Shown here piece after piece: positions 10,923-18,783 of a stretch of DNA of 64,000 nt. Made by a program: the position numbers and the translations under genes. The stretch's first letter is position 1. Every line of letters starts with the position of its first letter. A model generated the notes under the pieces. It did no database searches and was not told the DNA's origin. It saw only the letters and a program-made list of their open reading frames with translations. Origin of the DNA: an uncultured Succinivibrionaceae bacterium (GTDB taxonomy: Bacteria; Pseudomonadota; Gammaproteobacteria; Enterobacterales; Succinivibrionaceae); assembly GCA_900539665.1 (NCBI GenBank), contig UQCV01000004.1:1818-65817 (forward strand), given 5' to 3'.

Positions 10923-11492
10923 ACTAGATCCTTTTCCTGTAATATTAGTACATGTTCTCTTTATACCAATAATTTCATTACGAAAGTGCATTAGACCAAA
11001 TTACGTCTTGCTCACAATCTCAATAAAACATTGACCTGTATGAAAGGAACAAAAGAAGAAAGTTATATTTTGATATCAAAGATAAATTGGGTTTTACTAA
11101 GCCCATCTAAATTCATACAGCATCTACCTAAGCCTATTCTCATAGGAACAAGTAGAAGTCTTATTGGGTATTTAATTACTGTTTCTAATTTAACACCCAA
11201 GCTATAAAAGCTCTAAATGTACTTAAACTTTAATTCTCTTCAACAAAATAGACCATGGTCACATTTTCATCGAATACCGCTAAAAATAGCACATAATCAT
11301 AACCGTCGCAAGAAGCGCAAGTGAGTTTTTTGTGAACTTAATCGCCCTATACTAGATTTAAAAAGCCACAAAAATAAGCCACTTGTTTTGGCCTTTAGAG
11401 AAATTCACGCTGTAAAATCCAAGTTGAACCGAACAAACATCAAGCAAAACTTATGCCAACCAAAAGCTCCTAACTAAAAGATAACATAAAAC

Positions 11493-12173
11493 CTAACGGC
11501 GGGCTGAAAGGCGTGCTTGTTTTTCCCACAAAGCCTCTTCTTCTTCGTGGACTTTCTTACGCTTTTCAGAAAGTTCAACTAATCGCCCTTCATCATCATC
11601 TTCTTCTAACACAAATTCCCCACCTTGAGCTTTAGGATAAAGAGCCGCAGCGCATTCTTCGAATGCGTAGCACACGCCAATCGCAACATGTTCATAGATC
11701 AACATGAAATCACGTTCTGAATTTTCCCCTTCCGGAATGTCTTCATCAATGCCTGCGATATCCATAATATCTCGTAGCATTTCTTGCAAATCGTTACTTA
11801 ATTTTGAATGCACCTTTTGTTTGCAAGAAAAACCAGTCACAAAAGAATGAGCAAATTCAGCTAAAGCATGGGCTCTATCTCTTATCGGGGTATCATCATC
11901 GGGAATTAAAATATCAGCCTTATCATTTTCCACAATATCAGTTACAACATCAGTTGCGATTTGCTTAATCCAAGCCACTGCGCTTCCTGGCAATGGTTCA
12001 CCATCATTCATAAGCTGTACTGCATACTCTAAAAAAGCCGGATCTTCCGCTTTTATCCCAGAGGCAATCATACCAACAACAAGACCATAGACATCAGATA
12101 CAGATGCATAAAGACCTGCTTCTTTTAAAATAGACTCGCCTTCAAGGTATTTGTTTTCGTTACTAACTGCCAT
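11493..12173 (-). CDS. ygfB: UPF0149 (YgfB/YecA-like) family protein with an acidic C-terminal tail
   Basis: Motifs hGLvvGMiasG and rAHALAeFAHSFvtGF parallel E. coli YgfB. There is no SEC-C motif. Confidence 0.5.
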   Translation of the reverse strand: MAVSNENKYLEGESILKEAGLYASVSDVYGLVVGMIASGIKAEDPAFLEYAVQLMNDGEPLPGSAVAWIKQIATDVVTDIVENDKADILIPDDDTPIRDRAHALAEFAHSFVTGFSCKQKVHSKLSNDLQEMLRDIMDIAGIDEDIPEGENSERDFMLIYEHVAIGVCYAFEECAAALYPKAQGGEFVLEEDDDEGRLVELSEKRKKVHEEEEALWEKQARLSARR

Positions 12174-12536
12174 AACGTATTCCTTAAATGATTAAACTCT
12201 AATAGACAATAAAAACAAAGTGAACTAGATCTTATGCATCTCGACAATTCCAACCTAAATTAGGAGGAAGGCTCTCACCTAATCAAACCTAAAATCAGTC
12301 CCTTCAATTTTAAGCAGGATTTAAAAAAAATTTCAAACAAAAAATACTTGCTTGTTGATAAATTTATCAAGATATAGCCTACCAATTTTCTTTAATAACC
12401 AAAACTCTATTAAATAGATTTAAACTCAAAACACCTTGCCTTAGCTTTAAAAATAACTGCTTAAATTTTACTCATCTTTACTTTGTAAAACTCGTGATCC
12501 ATATCATGTAGGATTCAATGCGTATTGCATGTTTGT

Positions 12537-12549
12537 TTGCATTTTGCAA
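12537..12549. promoter_or_regulatory. TTGCA-ttt-TGCAA palindrome (LuxO/NtrC-class enhancer-like site)
   Basis: Exact match to the TTGCA-N3-TGCAA pattern. Adjacent TTGCA repeats are at 12525 and 12563-12570 (TTTGCAAA). The site is about 250 bp upstream of the sigma54 promoter at 12794. Confidence 0.35.
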
Positions 12550-12793
12550 ATATTATTCTTAATTTGCAAATTAAACAAACTTTCCGAAATTAGTTTTCCC
12601 TTTAAAATTTTTAACACTTTTTATTTTATTTAAAAAACTCACTCCCCAAAACTCAATCAAAACCAAACTTTTTAGATTATCATCTTGTTTAATACCGTTT
12701 TTGCAGTATTTAATTCTTTGTTTTGCACGTTTTGGATTATTTATCCCGTTTTAACTTTTAGGTAAATAATTTTTAATAAAAATAATTCAAAAT

Positions 12794-12808
12794 TGGCACG
12801 GCTTTTGC
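12794..12808 (+). promoter_or_regulatory. Sigma54 (-24/-12) promoter TGGCACggcttTTGCT
   Basis: GG and GC are separated by exactly 10 nt and flanked by the consensus TGGCAC and TTGC. The predicted TSS is near 12820. Confidence 0.6.
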
Positions 12809-12819
12809 TACCATAATTG

Positions 12820-12900
12820 CGTAATCAGTTTATCCCGTGCTCTTTCATAGTAATATGAAAGATTTTGGACTTCAAAGTTTCTTTGAAGTCCTTCTTTTTT
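12820..12900 (+). ncRNA. Candidate sigma54-dependent small RNA (~80 nt, two hairpins)
   Basis: The sigma54 promoter is followed by the hairpin CTTTCATA-GTAA-TATGAAAG and then an intrinsic terminator. No protein-coding gene lies downstream on this strand before the suhB promoter. Confidence 0.4.
12868..12900 (+). terminator. Rho-independent terminator in the intergenic region
   Basis: GGACTTCAAAG-TTT-CTTTGAAGTCC (11-bp stem) followed by TTCTTTTTT. Confidence 0.75.
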
Positions 12901-13029
12901 CTGAATCTCATTTTTAATCCTTTTTATTTTTCCCTTTCTTTACTATTACTTCCTACCGTTATTCGTAAAGCTTAACCAAAAGTTTTGCGCATAAATTACA
13001 AAAATTTGAAGCTGCGCAAATTTTTGTTG

Positions 13030-13038
13030 TGATATAAT
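13030..13038 (+). promoter_or_regulatory. suhB promoter (extended -10, TGaTATAAT)
   Basis: Perfect TGnTATAAT about 140 nt upstream of the suhB ATG. Confidence 0.5.
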
Positions 13039-13136
13039 TGCGCCATATTCTGCTACGTTAGCAGAGTGGTGCCTTATCCTATAGCTCTCAACTTTACGTT
13101 GAAGTACGGATTTTTGTGTACACCAAGGCACCTGAA

Positions 13137-13149
13137 TGTTCTTTAACCC
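13137..13149 (+). promoter_or_regulatory. boxA-like element TGTTCTTTAACCC in the suhB 5' UTR
   Basis: Close to the boxA consensus TGCTCTTTAACA. The E. coli suhB leader is known to carry a boxA used for Nus-factor-dependent autoregulation. Confidence 0.4.
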
Positions 13150-13170
13150 AAACAGAAAATCAGGATTACT

Positions 13171-13995
13171 ATGCATCCAATGCTCACTATTGCAGTTCGT
13201 GCTGCCCGCGTTGCCGGAAATGTTATTTCATTAAATTTTGACGATTCAACCAACGTTTCAGTTCAGGAAAAGTCTAAGAACGATTTGGTTACCAACGTTG
13301 ATCGCGAATGTGAAAAACTCATCTGCGAAACCATCCTTAAGTCTTATCCTGATCACTGTGTTCGCGGTGAAGAATTTGGTATTGTTGGCAATACCGATTC
13401 TGATTTCGAATGGATCATCGACCCGCTCGATGGTACCACCAACTTCTTCAAAGGTATTCCACACGTTGCTGTTTCTATCGGTTTACGCATCAAAGGCGTA
13501 ACTACCGTAGGTGTTGTATTTGACCCAATTAGAAACGAACTCTTTACTGCTGCTCGCGGTGAAGGTGCTCAGCTTAACGGCAGACGTATCCGTGTTGGTG
13601 AAGCTCATAGCCTTGATGGCGCAATCATTGCTACCTCTTTCCCTCATAGAAAGAGAGGCTTCATGGAAGACTACAAAAAGATTTTATTCCGCATTTTCAA
13701 CAAGTGTGCAGACATCCGTCGCGCAGGCACCGCAAGCCTTGACCTCGCTTATGTAGCAGCTGGCCGTCTTGAAGGTTACTTTGAACTTTGCCTCTACCCA
13801 TGGGATTTTTGCGCTGGTGAACTTTTAGTTCGTGAAGCTGGCGGGATTGTAACCGACTTTGCTGGTGGCACTGACTACTACCAAAGTGGCAACATCGTGT
13901 GCGGCAACCCAGCTGTTCTTAAGTCATTGATTCGTGAAATCAACGCTGAACCACTTTCACAAGCCATCATCAGCCACAAGTGCCTCACCAAGTAA
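13171..13995 (+). CDS. suhB: Inositol monophosphatase / Nus-complex factor SuhB
   Basis: MHPMLTIAVRAARVAGN… with the DPLDGT and WDFAAGELLVREAGG motifs. It is nearly collinear with E. coli SuhB. Confidence 0.9.
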   Translation: MHPMLTIAVRAARVAGNVISLNFDDSTNVSVQEKSKNDLVTNVDRECEKLICETILKSYPDHCVRGEEFGIVGNTDSDFEWIIDPLDGTTNFFKGIPHVAVSIGLRIKGVTTVGVVFDPIRNELFTAARGEGAQLNGRRIRVGEAHSLDGAIIATSFPHRKRGFMEDYKKILFRIFNKCADIRRAGTASLDLAYVAAGRLEGYFELCLYPWDFCAGELLVREAGGIVTDFAGGTDYYQSGNIVCGNPAVLKSLIREINAEPLSQAIISHKCLTK

Positions 13996-14046
13996 GCCAA
14001 TTGCTTTGTAGGCCTTGTTTTACTCAAGGCTTCTAAAAAACTAAAA

Positions 14047-14082
14047 AAGAAAGACCATATTAAACTATGGTCCTTCTTTTTT
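14047..14082. terminator. Bidirectional intrinsic terminator between the convergent suhB and OLD genes
   Basis: Hairpin AAGACCAT...ATGGTCCTT flanked by A-rich and T-rich runs. Confidence 0.6.
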
Positions 14083-14173
14083 GTTGGGAAAGCTTTTTAA
14101 GTTTATTAAAAAGGATTTTTAAGCCATTTCATGTTATGAGCGAAAAATTTTAGAACGACTTAGCTATCCACAC

Positions 14174-15952
14174 CTACCAGTTATAACTTGAACTAGCCTC
14201 TTCTACTATACCCTTTAAAACATCGGCAATCACTTTTGGAATAATCTTAGGACCTCTGTGACTTGCATAATCAGCCACCGCAACCGCCATCCCAGGCTTA
14301 GTCCTTCTCTTTAAAGCGCGTTCAATGATTTTAGAGGGACCAATCCCTTCGGCATTACCATACCCAGATTCTGCCCGATAAACATTTTCAAAACCATTTT
14401 CGTAAAGATAATGCTCAATATCGACCGCCGGAAGCATGGTAACCTTATCAGGATTATCGCCAGCAGGTCCTGAAGTAGTGTATTTTTGCCCAGCCAAGTC
14501 ACCGTCTGCAAGTAAACGCCAACAAAGTCCTAGCTGCTGTGCTAACTTAATCAATGCCCCAGAACCACATTGAGCATATTCAACTAAACGGATCCCTGTG
14601 GCTAATAAATTAAGCCCCATAATATTAGCGAATTCATTTAACAGCCAAATTTCTGTTTCCCCTTCCACAAAAATCCAGCCCCTTGCATAAAGTGACATCG
14701 GGCGATTTATCCGAATATGAAAGGCAATCTTACGTAATTCATCACTAGAAAACTTCTTTTCATCAATGCAGTAACAACGAGTTTCAAACGGCATGGAATA
14801 CATGCGTCTGATATCACTTAAATTTACGGTCGAAAGAATATCACCTGAGTTTGTGGTGATAATTTGCTGCATTGGCAACATCGACACGACATTCCAAAAC
14901 CCAAACAATTCCACTGGATGTAGACGGCTATCGATATCTTCAAAAATTACAATCGGATGAGCGTGAATCTGTAAGCGTCGCCCTTGGCTTGCACTTAAAA
15001 GTGCTCCGGCAATCAACGCTAAAATAAAACCAGCTTTTTTCTTATCTGCTAGGCTCACTAAGTTTTGTAACGAAGCTAATGAACCATTAGGAATAGGACG
15101 AGACACTATGTCATGGAGCGATCTATTTTGCGGTTTTAGATATTTTACCTGTCCCCCTGAGGTAACTTGGAAGTAATGTTCTACTAATTGACGCATCGAA
15201 TCGATGGCACGGTCTATAAATTCCGGCGCTAAGTCCGCCCCTTCGCCTTTCATGACATTACGAAATAATCTTTTTAAAACGCCAGCCAACTTTTCAAAAT
15301 TATTGCGCCCATTTTTGCCCCCAAAACGACGCTTATCTTCTTCTAAGTCTAGACCAAGAGGAGGATTCATACGTTTTTCAGTTCGTACAATATCAGGTTC
15401 TGTAAAACCAGAGGTACGGCTATCACGCAACCTAAAAAGCGGGTTTAAAAGTAGCAGCATGCGCACCTGTAAGCTAGCATCCCCATCCATTAGACTTCCG
15501 GTTCTACTTCTAAACCCATGTATCGTTTGCACGGTACCGTCTTCTAAAAGATACCCTCGCACACAGTAAAAAATGCGGGTATACATATCTGAACATTGTT
15601 GCCAATATGGCTGTAGACGCCTGGAGTTTGAATTACTTAAAGCCGAACCAAAGGTTCTTTCCCTAAAGGTAAAAACCATAACTATGCTTTTCACCACATG
15701 GTCAGGATCCCCTTCTTGGTATCTATAAACCGGACCTTCACGATCTTCAAGACTACCAGGAATTACGGTACGAAAATCTGCCGTTTTAAACTGGTACGGA
15801 TGATCTCCACCCCCAAAAACGCTTAACAATGCTCGTAGGAGAGAACTTTTACCCCATGCATTTTCCCCGATAAGAACCGTACGATCCGTAAAATTAACGG
15901 CAAGTTTGGCTAGACCTCTGAATCCTGAAATCTCAGCTCTTTCTAAGATCAT
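14174..15952 (-). CDS. OLD-family ATP-dependent endonuclease (class 1, YbjD-like; ABC ATPase plus TOPRIM)
   Basis: Walker A GENAWGKSSLL, Walker B-like IVIFEDIDSRLHP, and C-terminal TOPRIM residues (FVEGETE, LADGDLAG). The start is ATG 15952 with a GGAGG RBS; the track start at 15979 is a TTG. Confidence 0.75.
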   Translation of the reverse strand: MILERAEISGFRGLAKLAVNFTDRTVLIGENAWGKSSLLRALLSVFGGGDHPYQFKTADFRTVIPGSLEDREGPVYRYQEGDPDHVVKSIVMVFTFRERTFGSALSNSNSRRLQPYWQQCSDMYTRIFYCVRGYLLEDGTVQTIHGFRSRTGSLMDGDASLQVRMLLLLNPLFRLRDSRTSGFTEPDIVRTEKRMNPPLGLDLEEDKRRFGGKNGRNNFEKLAGVLKRLFRNVMKGEGADLAPEFIDRAIDSMRQLVEHYFQVTSGGQVKYLKPQNRSLHDIVSRPIPNGSLASLQNLVSLADKKKAGFILALIAGALLSASQGRRLQIHAHPIVIFEDIDSRLHPVELFGFWNVVSMLPMQQIITTNSGDILSTVNLSDIRRMYSMPFETRCYCIDEKKFSSDELRKIAFHIRINRPMSLYARGWIFVEGETEIWLLNEFANIMGLNLLATGIRLVEYAQCGSGALIKLAQQLGLCWRLLADGDLAGQKYTTSGPAGDNPDKVTMLPAVDIEHYLYENGFENVYRAESGYGNAEGIGPSKIIERALKRRTKPGMAVAVADYASHRGPKIIPKVIADVLKGIVEEASSSYNW

Positions 15953-16340
15953 ACGCGCCTCCGTTGACAAAAGGGTCAATGAATCGTTCCTAAAGAAAAT
16001 CGTAGACCAATTTATGTTTTACATACTTAGCTAAAGTTCTAACCACTAAGGTCACTAGAACCACTAAACAACGAAAAGCACGAAGCCTAGTACTAGTAAT
16101 ATATACCTTAAATTGAGGCCTTAAATTAAGCTTATGTTTTGGTCGAGCCGTAAGCCCTTGTGGTCACCGTTTGCTAAACGTCTTAACGTCTTCTCCCAAA
16201 ACTCCAAAGGCTTTATATCAAAGCCTCTAAGTGTTTTAACTAGGAACCTAGTTAAAATATTATATCGGGGCCTTATGGTGAAAACAGTTAAGTTGAGGCA
16301 AAATTTTGTGACATTCCTTGATTAAAAAGTGACCTATCAC

Positions 16341-16447
16341 GTGAACTACTCACCACCTAAAGAGGTGGGAGCTTCGTAATTACTCATTAGAGTAATTCTA
16401 AAGAAGTTTGATAGCTATGCTATCCTTATTCTTACAGGTGTGTCCAC
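16341..16447 (+). repeat. Repeat family copy A, segment 1 (putative IS end; begins TGAACTAC…)
   Basis: About 95% identical to the reverse complement of 48005-48122. It contains three hairpins: CCACCTAAAGAGGTGG, AATTACTC-ATTA-GAGTAATT and GATAGC-TAT-GCTATC. Confidence 0.85.
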
Positions 16448-18167
16448 TTCACCTCTACTGTATAGGACTTCTAAGTCCACTACATTACTTTTTCTTAGTA
16501 TATTTAATGCTCCATTTACATCTGCATTAAGTATATAACCTTTTGAAGTTTGATAGAGCTTCAGCATCATATCATATATTTAAGCTCAAAAGAAGTAAGA
16601 GCAAAAAAACCAATTCATCTCCCACCTAAAGAGGAAGGAGTATTCTTGGAGATTTTAGATAAAAAATGTATCTAAATGAAATTTTTCGGACCAAGGACAT
16701 AATAATTTCGCAACAGCACATCCTTTTGAAGACTGACTATTAATTCAAGGCTTCCTTAATGCACCGAAACAGCAGTCAAATGTATGTCTGTCAATTCCTA
16801 GTGGATTTTTGGTTTTATCAGTTATAGCTTATTAATTTACAATTTAACCTTTAAATTTCAGCCGTAGATGTGATATGCTATGGTCAGCTTCGAGAAATGG
16901 AGGTACAAAATTTATGATTAAGCGCACAATGTATATGAACCGCATCCGTCCCTTCATCGGCTCGGATTTGATAAAGGTTATGACCGGTATTCGCCGTTGC
17001 GGGAAGTCGGTTATGTTGGAGCTGATTAAGCAGGAACTCACTGAGTCCGGTGTCAGCCCAGCTCAGTTTATCTCCATCAATTTTGAGGATATGAGCTATT
17101 CCCATCTGCAAACCGCTAAGGCTCTGAATGACGAGATCGTTAAGAAAGCTGCCGACATTGAAGGTAAAGCATATCTGTTCTTCGACGAGATTCAGGAGGT
17201 CAAGGACTGGGAAAAGTGCATAAACTCGCTGCGCGTCTCTTTGGATTGCGACATTTATATCACCGGATCAAATGCAAAGCTGCTGTCAGGTGAGCTTGCA
17301 ACTTATCTGGGAGGACGCTATGTTGAGTTTGTGATTTATCCTTTCTCCTTTGCAGAATTTTTGGAGCTGTACCACCTGACTGCTCCGGATGCGCCTATCC
17401 GGAAGTGTTTTCAGCAATATCTCCTGTCAGGCGGTATGCCATATCTCGCCAATATCCGATATGCAGATGCACCTTCTAAGCAGTACCTCCGCGATCTTTT
17501 CAACTCTGTTCAGCTAAAGGACATCGTGAAACGAAACAAAATCAGAGATGTGGATTTACTTGAGCGCATTATCACCTATGTAGTGGCGAATGTGGGCAAC
17601 ACCTTCTCCGCAACATCTCTTGCTAAGTTTCTCAAAAGTGAGCAACGTACCGTAGCACCGGAGACAATTCTGAACTACATCAAGTACTGCTGCGACGCTT
17701 ATCTGTTCTATCAGGTGAAGCGTGAGGACTTGCAGGGAAAACTGATTCTTGCATCTAACGAGAAATACTACATTGCAGATCACGGAATCCGAGAAGCTGT
17801 CTATGGCGGCAACACACGAGACCTCAACCAGATCCTTGAAAATATCGTCTATCTGGAACTGCTGCGCAGAGGCTATACGGTCACTGTTGGACGGACAGGA
17901 GATAAGGAGATTGACTTCGTATGTGACAATCGCGGTGAGAAGCTGTATGTTCAGGTTGCTTATCTGCTTGCTTCAGAAGAAACGATTGCCCGTGAGTTCG
18001 GAGCGTATGACCGCATCCGGGATAACTTCCCCAAATATGTCGTTTCTCTTGATGAATTTGATATGAGTCGAAACGGTATCAAACACCGAAACATCCGCGA
18101 TTTCCTCTTGATGGAGGAATGGAACTAAAGAGTTTGCCCGTCACAGTTTTGAAGGCGGTGACGAGCA
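16448..18167 (+). mobile_element. About 1.7-kb insertion splitting repeat copy A; carries a foreign AAA ATPase gene
   Basis: The sequence between segment 1 and segment 2 of copy A is absent from the contiguous copy B. GC is about 48% against about 40% for the host, and codon usage differs (CTG-rich). A fragment of a related repeat end lies at 16612-16640. Confidence 0.6.
16914..18128 (+). CDS. AAA+ ATPase of the AAA_14/DUF4143 type
   Basis: P-loop GIRRCGKSVML and a Walker B FFDEIQ. Start is ATG 16914 with a GGAGG RBS 10 nt upstream. The C-terminal region is DUF4143-like. Confidence 0.7.
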   Translation: MIKRTMYMNRIRPFIGSDLIKVMTGIRRCGKSVMLELIKQELTESGVSPAQFISINFEDMSYSHLQTAKALNDEIVKKAADIEGKAYLFFDEIQEVKDWEKCINSLRVSLDCDIYITGSNAKLLSGELATYLGGRYVEFVIYPFSFAEFLELYHLTAPDAPIRKCFQQYLLSGGMPYLANIRYADAPSKQYLRDLFNSVQLKDIVKRNKIRDVDLLERIITYVVANVGNTFSATSLAKFLKSEQRTVAPETILNYIKYCCDAYLFYQVKREDLQGKLILASNEKYYIADHGIREAVYGGNTRDLNQILENIVYLELLRRGYTVTVGRTGDKEIDFVCDNRGEKLYVQVAYLLASEETIAREFGAYDRIRDNFPKYVVSLDEFDMSRNGIKHRNIRDFLLMEEWN

Positions 18168-18310
18168 TCATTGTTATCCCTTGGTCTTACAATAATTGCA
18201 ACAAATGAATTACATAACTTTAACCACGTTTTAGGTTGCAATTATGAAAAATATCTACACTTATGAATACAAAATTAACCTTGTGAAATCCTTCCTTAAA
18301 TCGCAGTATG
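18168..18310 (+). repeat. Repeat copy A, segment 2; contains a 26-codon ORF (18244-18324) that looks like the N-terminus of an IS3-type OrfA
   Basis: About 90% identical to the reverse complement of 47870-48004. The ORF is MKNIYTYEYKINLVKSFLKSQYATAQ. Downstream, a frameshifted LNELEKEIIEQKR leucine-zipper-like stretch follows. Confidence 0.6.
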
Positions 18311-18581
18311 CTACAGCTCAATGAGCTTGAAAAAGAAATAATTGAGCAAAAAAGGACTTCTCGAAAAAGATCTGTTCAAAACAAATGAGCTAAATCAGAT
18401 CTTTTAAGTGGACTGGTACAGACGCACCAAACTTTAGGTTCAGCCAAATGTCACAAAATAAATTTCACCATATGCCTAGTGACTCATTTTTTTCATAGCA
18501 TCATGTATAATAGAACCATGTTTTCTTCAAATGTTTGGACCAAGAGCCACGACACATAGCCAACTAGGTTAGTTGACACCG

Positions 18582-18644
18582 ATGTTAATGTACATGTAAC
18601 AATGTTAATCTACATGTAGTTGCCACAAATAGTTGCCACAAACG
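18582..18644. repeat. Two tandem direct-repeat pairs (AATGTTAATsTACATGTA x2; TAGTTGCCACAAA x2)
   Basis: Seen directly in the sequence. A third pair, GTTACCATTARAAGAAGT x2, is at 18717-18755. All lie upstream of the ycbZ-like gene. Confidence 0.7.
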
Positions 18645-18783
18645 GATGCTAAAACCTACTTTAGTCTTTAGGCATTAAATTTTAAATACGCCGCTCCTAT
18701 TTCCCCAAACTAGCATTACCATTAAAAGAAGTGCGTTACCATTAGAAGAAGTATAGATATTAAAATCGGATCAAGGATTATAA

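Noticed and set aside
12855-12917. 20-codon ORF (MKDFGLQSFFEVLLFSESHF) inside the candidate sRNA
   Set aside because: It has no Shine-Dalgarno sequence. It is formed by the two arms of the terminator hairpin, so the RNA interpretation is favoured.
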